This document shows positions 13,889-25,015 of a DNA stretch of 64,000 nucleotides, in pieces. Numbering within the stretch: the first letter of the stretch is position 1; each line of letters begins with the position of its first letter. The stretch lies in the NCBI GenBank assembly GCA_002269645.1, contig NIVC01001319.1:62001-126000 (forward strand), given 5' to 3'. Below the pieces are notes generated by a model that did no database searches, was not told where the DNA came from, and worked only from the letters and a program-made list of their open reading frames with translations. This DNA is from Macrostomum lignano (Eukaryota). The translations under genes were made by a program, and so were the position numbers.

Positions 13889-16800
13889 TCAGCCGGAGTT
13901 GGCCAGCATCTGTCTCAAGTCGCGAACAGCGGCATGCAGTCGCGGGTCCTCGGACTCCTCGATGGCGGACCCGCCGACAGGCATCGCCGAGTGCGGGCGC
14001 GCTGCCCGCTGCTGCTGCTTCTCTGAGGCGGCCGCCGCCGCCGCGGCCTGCAGGAGGTTCCGCTCGCCCTCCACCAGGCGCAGCCGATCCCGCAGTCGCT
14101 CCGTGGCCAGCTGAAAGTCTTCAACAGCCTGACGGCCTTGAGCCTCGGCGGCCTCGCGTTCCCGCTGCAGCCGGCGCTCCGACTGGGCCAGCGCGGCCGC
14201 CAGCTTCGCCTGCTCGCGCGCCGACGCGTCCAGCGCGTCCGCGTGGCACCCGGCTTCGAGGCGGCGCGCCTGGCGCTCCGAGTCCAGCGCTGATCGAGTT
14301 TCGGACAGGGCGGCGCGAAGCTCGGACACCGAGGAGAGCTCGGACAGCTGCGAGCGGGTGAGATTGATGGACTGGGGTGAGATTGGTGGACTGGGGTGAA
14401 ATTGACGATCTGGGGGGAGATTGATGGACTGGGGGAGATCGATGGACTGGAGTGAGATGGATGGACTGGGGGAGATTGATAAACTAGGGTGAGATTGATG
14501 GAGTGGGGTGAGATTAATGGAGTGGGGGAAATTGATGAAGTGGGATGAGATTGATGGACTGGGATAAGATTGATGGAGTGGGATGAGATTGATGGAGTGG
14601 GGTGAGATTGACAATTCAGGAGTGAGATTAACTAAGTGGGTAAGATTGAGACTATTAAATCAGACAGTAAAACATGCCGCCTCTGCACCTTCTCGGACGC
14701 GGCCAGCTGGTCGGTGGTGTCGGCCAGGCGGCCGAGGCGCCCCTCCATGTCGGTCAGGCGCTCCATCCACAGCCCGGCCGCAGATTCGAAGGCTGCCCTG
14801 GCCGATTCAACAGCCTCGGCCGCTTCGCTCGCCTCTCGCGCCCGACGCTCTGCCAGACGCCGGGCGTCCGACTGAAGCCGCTCCGCCAGCCGGTCCGCAG
14901 CGGCCAGCTTGCGCTCGGCGGCCGCAGCGCGCGCCTCCGCCTCGTCTAGGCGGCGGCGAAGATCGGAAACTGCGGCCTCGGCTTCGGCCTCCTACAGGGG
15001 TGGGGATTGGGACTCTCAGTGACCTTTGAGTGTGCCTGAGTGTCCATGTCTGCCTGCCTGTCTGTCTGCCTGTCTACCCCACCTACCGTCTGTTTCAGCT
15101 GCCTGTCTGCCCCACCTAACATCTGTCTCAGCTGCCTGTCTGCCCACCTACCATCTGTCTCAGCTGCCTGTCTGCTCCACCTACCGTCTGTCTCAGCTGT
15201 CTGTCTGCTCCACCTACCGTCTGTCTCAGCTGTCTGTCTGCCCTACCTACCGTCTGTCTCAGCTGCCTGTCTGCCCTACCTACCGTCTGTCTAAGCTGCC
15301 TGTCTGCCCCACTTACCGTCTGTCTCAGCTGTCTGTCTGCTCCACCTACCGTCTGTCTCAGCTGTTTGTCTGCCCACCTACCATCTGTCTCAGCTGCCTG
15401 TCTGCTCCACCTACCGTCTGTCTCAGCTGTCTGTCTGCCCTACCTACCGTCTGTCTCAGCTGCCTGTCAGCCCTACCTACCGTCTGTCTCAGCTGCCTGT
15501 CTGCCCTACCTACCGTCTGTCTAAGCTGCCTGTCTGCCCCACTTACCGTCTGTCTCAGCTGTCTGTCATGCGCCCAGCGCTCAGCCTCGGCCTGCACCAG
15601 CGCCTTGTACAGCCGGGGCCTCCAGGCCGCAGCCTCGCCGCCAGCGCTGGGCTCGGCAAGCAGCTCGGACTGCAGGGCCAGCCGGCGTTCCCGAAGCTCA
15701 GCGTCGGCTCGAAGGCGTTCGTTTTCAGCCTCAAGCTGGGCGGCTCTGGTGGCCAGGGCGTCGCGACTGTCATCCCAGTCCTGCATTGTAAAGCAGTCTA
15801 GGTTGTGAGAAACAACTCGAGAATCGAATAGATCTACATGTGTCTATAGATGCCTGTCATTGATCTACATCTCTGTGTCTGTAGATATACATGTGTCTAT
15901 AGATGCCTGTCATTGATCTACATCTCTGTGTCTGTAGATATACATGTGTCTATAGATGCCTGTCATTGATCTACATCTCTGTGTCTGTAGATATACATGT
16001 GTCTATAGATGCCTGTCATTGATATACATCTCTGTGTCTGTAGATCTACATGTGTCTATAGATGCCTGTCATAGATCTACATCTGTGTCTGTAGATGTAC
16101 ATGTATCTATAGATACCTGTAATTGATCTACAAGCGTCAATAAAGACGTGGTATAGATCTACATGTGTCCATAGATGCCTGCTGTACATCCACATGTGTC
16201 TATAGATTCCTACTGTAGATCAAAATGGTCTCTGTAGACGTCGGCTATAGACGTACAAGTGTTCATAAATGCTTGCCATTGATCTACAAGCGTCTATAGA
16301 AAAGTGTTATGGATCTCTACAAGTGTCTATAGATGCCTGCTGTAGATCTACACGTGTCTATAGATACCTAGAGATATCTGGAGATCCACGAGTCTATAGA
16401 GACCTGTGTAACCACGATGCCCTATAGATTTAAGCTTCTGTTTACACATGTCTATAGAAAAACCCGCTGCAGATCTACAGGCGCCTATAGATTCCTGATT
16501 TTCTACCGCTCAAAACATGTGCCTACAGATGTCTGCTCAATATCTACAGACACTAATACTCAAAAGATTTGTCTGTACAGCAACAGGCGCTCGGCTCACC
16601 CGCAGCGTTGGCTCAGCCAGCTCCATCCGCTGCTGCCTCTCCTGATCCAGCAGGCTCTGCGTCTCCAGCTGCTGCCGCCGCAGCCGCTCCAACTCTCGAC
16701 GTTGCCGGGCGAGGTCGCGCTCAAGCTGCCGGCAGGAGCGGCACGGAGCCGCCGCAGGAGGGGCGTCGGCAGGGACAAACCGAACCGAGTGCGGCGCCGC

Positions 16801-16986
16801 AGCGGCAGCCGACGGCAGGAAGGCATCCGGAGGCAGCAGGAGGCTGTCATCCAGCGAGGAGGAAACATCGACGGCGGCAAAGCTGGTTGCCATGGGCAAC
16901 TGCGGTGCGGAATGAGACTCGGGATCGCAATAGTAGTAATTATTATTATTTTGGTTGGTTCGCTGTTTGTCTAAGAAAGCGGCCAT
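13889..16986 (-). CDS. Coiled-coil protein resembling CCHCR1/HCR; join(16600..16986,15547..15780,14689..14991,13889..14347), ~460 aa
   Basis: All junctions are phase 0 with GT-AG sites (CGG|GTGAGC, ACG|GTAAGT, CTGTAG|GAG, CGCAG|CTG); the exon 3 donor AAG|GTGCAG is weak. Heptad-rich protein. WRPRLYKALVQAEAE and REQAKLAAALAQSERR recall CCHCR1 segments (WREKVFALMVQLK, REHAKAVVSLRQIQR) from memory only. Confidence 0.75.
14360..14640. repeat. ~19-20-bp intronic minisatellite (GAGATTGATGGACTGGGGT)
   Basis: Fills the last intron up to the acceptor. Confidence 0.9.
15060..15570. repeat. 33-bp minisatellite spanning the exon 2/intron 2 junction
   Basis: Minus-strand unit AGACAGGCAGCTGAGACAGACG-GTAGGTAGGGC; period 33 (TACCG at 15478, 15511, 15544). 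Confidence 0.95.
15830..16540. repeat. ~52-bp intronic minisatellite (TAGATCTACATGTGTCTATAGATGCCTGTCAT...)
   Basis: Regular units at 15830-16100, degenerating afterwards. Confidence 0.85.
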
Positions 16987-17339
16987 TGTGGGGATGCTCT
17001 GGTCTCTCTGAAAGCGAGTTCAATATTTCATCTATTAATTCTGTTATTTAATGTTAATTCTATTAATTCAGAAAGAATGTAAAAAAAGAGTATAACAATA
17101 AAAACTATCCTGGCGCAAAAATCGACTTTTATATGATTATTCTTTCGTTATTAATTACGTTTTAAAACGCTTGGATTGGAAAAATGCATCATTATAGATC
17201 TAGTATAAAACCATGAAAATACCGTAGAAGTGAGAGGGGAGGCTTCAATAGAAGAGAGGGCAGGGAGTGAAGTATAGAGCAGAGGTGAGAAAGCCCAGTC
17301 AGAATTTAGACAGGTTAAAAACCACAAGTCCTCAGACAG

Positions 17340-17425
17340 GACACAGTCAGACGACAGACAAAGACAGACAGACACAGATAGATGGACAGACAGACTCAGA
17401 TAGATGGACAGACAGACAGACAGAC

Positions 17426-17472
<47 letters not shown>

Positions 17473-17630
17473 GGCAGACAGACAGACAGACAGACAGACA
17501 GGCAGACAGACAGACAGACAGACACAGACAGACAGGCAGGCAGACAGACAGACAGACAGACAGGCAGGCAGACAGGCAGGCAGACAGACAGACAGACAGA
17601 CAGGCAGGCAGACAGGCAGACAGACAGGCA
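17340..17630. repeat. (GACA)n microsatellite
   Basis: Direct reading; lies between MRM1 and the CCHCR1-like gene. Confidence 0.97.
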
Positions 17631-17658
17631 AAGCGCAAAACTCCGCAGTCCGGAGGCC

Positions 17659-18912
17659 TCAGGCCGCAGCAGACCGCAGCCAGCCCGAGACGCAGTGCAG
17701 CAGGATGCCGGCCGCCACTCCCACATTCAGATGCGGCATGGCGCAGGCGGCGCCAGCTTGTGGAATCCGCAGCACCAGGTTGCAGAGGCTCAGAAGCTCA
17801 GCTGACAGGCCGGAGCCCTCGCTGCCAAGCAGCAGAAGCACCGGACCGCTGGGCGGATGCGGCAGCAGGTCCGACAGCCGATCGACGCCGGCGCAAGGCA
17901 CTCCAGGGGCGCCGCCATCGCCTCCCGAGCTGCCTAGCGCCAGCCAGCCAGCCTGGCGCCATTGGCGCACAAACTCAGCGCTGCTGGCGGGCAGGGCGCG
18001 CAAGTCCGTGGCCTCCAGAGCGCCGCAGCTCACTTTGGAGACCACTGGCAGAGGGGGGCAGCTGTGGGTGCCCGGTATGAGCACCGGGCTGACACCGTAG
18101 AACAGGCAGGTGCGGAGCAGACTGCCGAAGTTAAGGATGTCCACCACCTGCGGGTGCGTGCTGATTCATGTGATCTTGCCCATTCTTCAATGCATCTCTT
18201 GCCGATTCTCTCCAATGCATCTCTTGCCGATTCTCTCCCCTTCATCTCTTCCCCATTCTCCCCTTCATCTCTTCCCCATTCTCCCCTTCATCTCTTCCCC
18301 ATTCTCCCCTTCATCTCTTCCCCATTCTCCCCTTCATCTCTTCCCCATTCTCCCCTTCATCTCTTCCCCATTCTCCCCTTCATCTCTTCCCCATTCTCCC
18401 CTTCATCTCTTCCCCATTCTCCCCTGTATCTCTTCCCCATTCTCCCCTTCATCTCTTCCCCATTCTACCCTGCATCTCTTCCCCACCTGGTCCAGCAGCA
18501 CACACAGCCGACTCGCCGCCAGCTCAGAGCGGCAGTCGGAGGCACAGCCGGGCAGCACAGGCACAGGGAAGTGTCCGCACCGCAGCGCGAATCCCTGATG
18601 CGCCCGACCCCGGCACAGAGCGGCCAGTTCGCGCCTGTCAGCGTACCTGACCAGGTGAGCATAGCTGGCAGCGATGAGCTGGCGCAGCTCGGCCGAGCTG
18701 GAGCTGTCGCAGCCGAAGTCTTCAATGACGTCGCTTTGCCCTTGGTGCCGAATGTCAACGTAGATTTCGTCAATTTGACGACGGCGAGACAACAGCGCCT
18801 GCCAGACCGGGTGAATGCCGTACACCAGCTCGGAGCCGCCGCCGCCGCTGTTGCTGAACAACCTGCGGCACAGCAGCAGCGACAGTCGGGCAGCTGACGT
18901 TCGCAGTAGCAG
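17659..18912 (-). CDS. MRM1: Mitochondrial rRNA 2'-O-methyltransferase, SpoU/TrmH SPOUT family; join(18487..18912 or 19050, 17659..18147)
   Basis: ELVYGIHPV N-terminal substrate-binding motif, HQG motif, LDQVVDILNFGSLLRT (SPOUT motif 1), LLGSEGSGL (motif 2), IPQ...LNVGVAAGILLH (motif 3). Phase-0 intron CAG|GTGGGG...CGCAG|GTG. Arg-rich N-terminal leader. Confidence 0.88.
18180..18485. repeat. 23-bp intronic minisatellite (TTCATCTCTTCCCCATTCTCCCC)
   Basis: Fills the MRM1 intron starting at the donor. Confidence 0.95.
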
Positions 18913-19263
18913 CTGGAGAAAAAGGGCTGTCTGAAGAAGCCGGTCGGTGAAACATTGGAGATTCGAAAGTTGGAATGTGACGGTGGCCCAGCAACTGAGG
19001 ATCTGGGATGCTGGCCAAGCAACTGAGGATCTGGGAGGCTGGCACAGCATCTACCTTTCTAGAACTAATCACAAGCCACAAGCACAGGTAGAGAGGCTCT
19101 CTAAATAATATGAAAGTAACGAACAAGCGCAGAGACAGTGCAATCCAGCTAAAAACACGCTCAACAGCGTCAGCCGTCAGCCCGTGTATTTCATGCTCAA
19201 TCAAGAACCTGCCCTCGCAATCTATCATCAAGTCAGTCCCGTCTAGTCAAGCTTAACCTCGCA

Positions 19264-19626
19264 CTACTCGGCCTCAACATTGATGGTCTGCTTGCCCTTG
19301 AACTCGGCGCAGGGCACGTAGGAGACCAGGGTGTACAGCTTGTGCGCGCTGTCCTCGTCTTCGTTGCGCTTCCTGGCCAGGCGGACGCGGACGCGGAACG
19401 GCACATTGCGGACGCCCTGGCTCCACACGAACTTGTTCAGCCGGGTGTCCAGCCGCACGTCCGGGGTGCCCATCATTCGCTCGGCAAATTTGCGAATCTC
19501 CGTCATTGCACGCGGTGCCCGGCGCTTGAAACCGACGCCGTGAATGCGCTTGTGCAGGTTGATGGTGTACTCCCGGGTCACCACGTCTTTTAGGGCGCTC
19601 TTTTTCTTCTCACGTCGGGGAGCCAT
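19264..19626 (-). CDS. RPL31: 60S ribosomal protein L31 (eL31), 120 aa, uninterrupted CDS
   Basis: [26 protein letters not shown]...[49 protein letters not shown] is characteristic eL31; intact start and stop. Confidence 0.98.
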   Translation of the reverse strand: MAPRREKKKSALKDVVTREYTINLHKRIHGVGFKRRAPRAMTEIRKFAERMMGTPDVRLDTRLNKFVWSQGVRNVPFRVRVRLARKRNEDEDSAHKLYTLVSYVPCAEFKGKQTINVEAE

Positions 19627-19799
19627 GGACTGGCGGGCTGGGAATTGGGGGATTTTTGTTCTGTTTCACATTGCTGCCACTTCAGTTAGAATCTCTAGGC
19701 TGAATTCAGACCTTGCAGTATTTAATTATAACTTTCCAAGTGTTACTGTTAGTAGAATATATGACAAAGAAGAGCGCTGCAAATGTTTTTGGGCTGTGT

Positions 19800-19801
19800 T
19801 C

Positions 19802-19854
<53 letters not shown>

Positions 19855-19879
19855 CACAGACAGACAGACAGACAGACAT

Positions 19880-19954
<75 letters not shown>

Positions 19955-19955
19955 C

Positions 19956-19990
<35 letters not shown>

Positions 19991-19991
19991 C

Positions 19992-20062
<71 letters not shown>

Positions 20063-20072
20063 CAGACAGACA
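19800..20072. repeat. (GACA)n microsatellite
   Basis: Direct reading. Confidence 0.97.
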
Positions 20073-23000
20073 TTGTGAATGATAAGAATGTCCCTATAAA
20101 CTTTAATTTTAGCCATAACTCTTTGCACATCTATTCTATTGAATGGTAAAACATAAAAATTACTAGAATGAGCTAAATTTATGCCATATCCAAACAAAGC
20201 CATCTTTGACCCACTGCTATTACTTAACCAAACTTGCTTAGCTCAGCCTAGGTTAATATGAGGAATTGCAATTTGCAAGGCATTGTGTTGGCATCTCTTT
20301 TTATGCCTCTAAGGGTATACTAGGGATGTCAAAAGCCAGTCATTAGAATGCCTAGTTAAAATAAGGGCATCAGGCATCACATAGGAATGCTTTATGAAAT
20401 GATTTCTGCTGATAAAAGAGAAGGGAACTATATAAAATGATAGGTATACATATCAAAGCTAAAGTGCTATGACAGGAAAGTACAATCTATAAAGATATAT
20501 TGCTAAATGTAATGAGAGTCACTATATAAAGAGCACTATTATAAAATGAATTAAAGATTGTTATATGAAACTAAAAAGAAGAGTACTATGAAATACAAGG
20601 GAACAAAGCAAAAAAAGATATTTTTGACATTGTTATTGTTAATTTACTGCTTAAATTATTTTATAATAACTCATTTGCTAAAATTCCATTTAAAAAACCT
20701 AAAAAAAGCCTTAAAGCATTACTTTTAAAATCTCCTTGTTATATTATAACCATGGTATAATATTAGACAGTTCTAAAAATGTGACAAACGGTTATTTGCA
20801 AATTGCCATATCATTCCAAAAATATGTTTTTTTATTTTTGCCAGTGTTGAATAAATTGATTCTAAAATATATTATGAAGCATTATCCAAACCTTACTACT
20901 CATATGTAAGCTTATTAAAGTAGTTTATTAAACTATGCCTTTTGCATTGCCAATATTATTAAACTCAAAAAAATTGAACTAATGTTTAGTTCAACTTTTA
21001 ATATAAATTATACTAGGAATTCAAAATACAAGATAATATAGGCCAACTCATGAGTAATAGTTAATACTACTGCATTTTGCCCTTATAGGTGTAATGAAAT
21101 TCATAATTCTAACATTAAAAGCATGAAAATTGTTTTTTTTCATATTTGACACACTTCCAAATTGATTTTTTATTGTTTAATATTTTATATGTACTTAGCA
21201 ATATTGAAAATATGCCACTCTATGCACCATGTGAGCAATTTCTCTTGGACTGTCTGAAAAAAAAGATACAAGAAAACTGATTGATAGCTTTAATCCATCC
21301 AACAAAACCCTTTCACACTACTCCCCTTATTTTATTCTTCAATTCAAATCTGCCATAGCATATCAAGTTGCATCACTTGCAAAGATGAAAGAAATTTTTG
21401 TCTACATTTTCAAAAGTGACAATCACAGACAGAATCTTTTGTGATGGCAACTTTTTGATGTTGCTGAGTATATAAGCACACTGCAACACTCAGCTGCCAA
21501 TGGTAGGTATTCAAGTAAAAAATTCAAGCATCAAAAGCATTAAAAACTTTGTTTTTTCAAATGTTTGACCTCCTAACATTTGGTAGAAATTTTATATATA
21601 CCAATTTGCCAAATGAATTTGAATCAATTGGGCCTATTAGCTATTGCCCACCATCTGCAACTGTGCTTCCCAGTGTTGTTACTGTTGTATTTATAAAATA
21701 AGACAAACAAGATCAGAGCAGCTTAGGTGGGTTGATAAATTTTAGGCCAGCTTTTTAACCCCCCCCCCATGTATGTGTCTACTCTTTTATCAAAGAAAAT
21801 AAACTTCAACCAACCTCACAAATTGTGAGCACACTATATGAAGGGTTATAAAACTCCTTAGCTTATTGTAATGAATATACATCCTACACTACATTGGCAA
21901 AGGAAAGGCCTAAATGGTATAAACTGAGAAATTAAATTTAGAAACAGAGCACCTATTGAAAGCACTAAAAATGTTTTTTGAATATTTGACCCACTTCCTA
22001 TTCAAATTTTTTCATCAAAAAGTTATGTATGATTCCTGAAAAATTAGGCATTTGTAAAGCAAATTAGAAAATATACTGAAAAAACTGAGTTCTACTCTAG
22101 AGCTGTGGTCAACATGGCTATAGCTAGAAGCAGTAATGTGGCTACATGGCTGCAAGGCAAGGTGGTGATATGGGTGCCATGGTAGGTAAAGGTGGTGATG
22201 TAGGTACCATGGCAAAGGTGGCAATGTGGGTGCCAATGTGGGTAGCGCAGTCAGTATGGTACAAGCTGAACACCTCCACTGGAATATATCAAGTGAAGCA
22301 AGTCTGTGGTATTCCACTTGGGGAATGCCATTACTGCAACATCTGTGTTGCCAATGAAGGCAATGATCACATTCTAATGCTTGCTATTGTCCTATCACAA
22401 TTTTTGTACAAACAAGATAGTTATCTACCATGTAGTTGTTGATTAGTATAGTAGGAAACAAATTACTATTTTAAAGAATTCTATATGCAATATGTATATA
22501 TATATATACCAAATCTTCCTCTACTATGGTATCCTTTCCATGGTACATATATGAGAAAATTCTAGTGCAAAGAAGCATAATGTATATTTCATTGCATAGA
22601 TTTCTCATTAGGCCAAATTCCTTCAATAAGCCTATGAGTGAGTCTAAGCCAAAACAGCATGGTTAATTTTGTACATTTTTATGCGCTATGGCATGGCATC
22701 CCACCCCACAGAGTCAACACATGTTGCCAAGCAGGCTACAAAAAAGCTTCATTTCCATCCAATCAATTAGAGAAAAAATGGCTGGACCGATTTTCATGAG
22801 ACTTGCACTGTTTGATCAGAAATTTTCCCGTGACGGTACATGCATCGTGGCTAAGAAATTGCTCGATGCTAAAGGCATAAAATATTTGAAAAACATGCTT
22901 TTTTGCAAAGTTCAAGCAAACTTTTCGACTTGAAATGCATTGTAAGAATGCTAGAGAAAAAACTGACTGGTTGAATTATGATTCTGAAATAGATTGCATC

Positions 23001-23221
23001 ATAACTGAATTGTAACTCCGACTTGAATTGCGTCACAGTATTGAAAATGCTGTGTGGAAGCGTAGCACCAGACTTGATTTAGATTGCGTAACCATATTGT
23101 TAACTGATACTGACTGACTGAGAAATTGTTTATGTCATAACTGCCTCGTGTGATTTACTCTATGCTTGGAGTTTTGAAACTCCAAATAGAAGTGCTAAAA
23201 TTCATGTTATCAAAACGATGA

Positions 23222-23280
23222 GAGCTAGCCTAGAGGTAAACAGACTGACTGCTAAATGCAGGGACGATGGTTCGAATTTT
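23222..23280 (+). other. tRNA-like head (SINE or pseudo-tRNA remnant)
   Basis: A-box-like TAGCCTAGAGG at 23226 and B-box GGTTCGAAT at 23269; no complete cloverleaf. Confidence 0.35.
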
Positions 23281-23329
23281 TAGAGAGTTTTTTTAATTAA
23301 AGGTTTTTAACGCCAAGAAAACTAAAAAA

Positions 23330-24030
23330 TCATGGAAGCGTCATGTAAAAAATCATAAAAGCGTTATGTAAAATTCATAGAAGCGTCATGTAAAAAATCT
23401 TAGAAGCGTCATGTAAAAAATCATAGAAGCGTCATGTAAACGATCATAGAAGCGTCATGTAAACAATCATAGAAGCGTCATGTAAACAATCATAGAAGTG
23501 TCATGTAAAAATATAAGCGTCATGTAAAAACCATAGAAGCGTCATGTAAACAATCATAGAAGCGTCATGTAAAAACCATAGAAGCGTCATGTAAACAATC
23601 ATAGAAGCGCCATGTAAAAAATCATAGAAGCGTCATGAAAAAATCATAGATGCGTCATGTAAAAATCCTAGAAGCGTCATGAAAAAATCATAGAAGCGTC
23701 ATGTAAAAATCATAGAAGCGTCATGTAAAAATCATAGAAGCGTCATGTAAAAATCATAGAAGCATCATGTAAAAAATCATAGAAGCGTCATATAAACATC
23801 ATAGAAGCGTCATGTAAACAATCACAGAAGCGTCATGTAAAAATCATAGAAGCGTCGTGTAAAAAATCAGAGAAGCGTCATGTAAACAATCATAGAAGCG
23901 TCATGTAAAAAATTATAGAAGCGTGATGTAAAAAGCATAGAAGCGTCATATAAACAATCATAGAAGCGTCATATAAAAAATCATAGAAGCATCATGTAAA
24001 AATCATAGAAGCGTCATGAAAAATCATAGA
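23330..24030. repeat. ~21-22-bp satellite (AAAATCATAGAAGCGTCATGT)
   Basis: About 32 tandem units with a variable A-run. Confidence 0.95.
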
Positions 24031-24942
24031 AGCCTCATTTAAAGACTAATGAAAGTGTCATTTAAAAAATTAAGAAGCATCATGGTAGAATAAAAGAAGC
24101 GTCATGTCAGACATGAAAGGTGTCATGTAAAAATTAAATGCAGCTATAATGCTGTGCTGGGGAGAAAAACTGAGACGTCAAGGCTCTCAGAGAATAACTA
24201 AGATTACGGGGGGGGGGGTTTCTGAGATGTTAAAGCAAAAGTCAGAAGCTACTTCAGAGTTCATGTACTTTACTCAATTTTTCTATTACATTCTTTGTTG
24301 GCTCGCCACGGGGGGGGGTGCTGATAGAAGAAGAGTCATGTAAAAAATAAAAGTAGCACTATGTATACATAAAAGAAAAGTCATGTCGAAGTTAAAAGAT
24401 TCATTTGGGAATTGCTACGATGTCAAAGCTTGGTGGAAATTGTTATAGTGCTGTGATTCTTAAAGAAGGAATCACTAAAATGTCAAGGCTTATGGGAGAA
24501 GAATTGCTGAGATTTCAAGGCTTTAGGTTGGGTTAAAGTTAGGTTTAGGTCAGGTGTGGGTTGAGGGTTATATTTTATCGGGTTTCAAGGTTAACAGGGG
24601 ATTTTTTAGATTTCAAGGTTTATGGGGGCCATCGCTGACATGTCAAGGCTTACGGGGGGAATAGCTGAGATGTCAAGGCTCACTGGGGTATAAATGAGAT
24701 TTCAAGGCTAAAGCCAGAAGCTACATGTAGTTTATTAAAAACTTTTTGTTACATTATTTGATGCCTCCTCAGGGGAGGTATCGCTGATAAAAAAGCGTAA
24801 TGTAAAAAATAAAAGAAGCTTCATGTTGAAGTTAAGAGATTCATTTGGGAATCCCTACGATGTCGAGGCTTGCAGGGAATTGCTATAATGCTGTAGTAGT
24901 GCTATAATGACTCTTAGAGAGAATTACTGAAATTTCAATGCT

Positions 24943-25015
24943 TTAGGGTTAGGTTAGGGTTAGGGTTAGGGTTAGGGTTAGGCTAGGGTTAGGGTTAGGT
25001 TAGGATTAGGGTTAG
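24943..25015 (+). repeat. Interstitial telomere-like (TTAGGG)n tract
   Basis: About 12 units, mostly perfect; a degenerate counterpart lies at ~24520-24570. Confidence 0.85.

Noticed and set aside
18913-19050. ATG at 19050 as the definite MRM1 start
   Set aside because: It is in frame and cannot be excluded, but it adds a non-targeting-like 46-aa extension with a 28-bp duplication ahead of a better presequence; kept as the alternative model.
13873-19593. Plus-strand ORFs overlapping the CCHCR1-like, MRM1 and RPL31 genes
   Set aside because: Antisense shadows of GC-rich coding exons with no recognisable motifs.
23330-24030. CRISPR-like regular repeat array (also 6745-7330 and 42960-44690)
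   Set aside because: Units are head-to-tail without unique spacers, there are no cas genes, and the context is eukaryotic.
24943-25015. True chromosome end or fusion point
   Set aside because: Short, single orientation, no head-to-head CCCTAA tract, and embedded in a local duplication.
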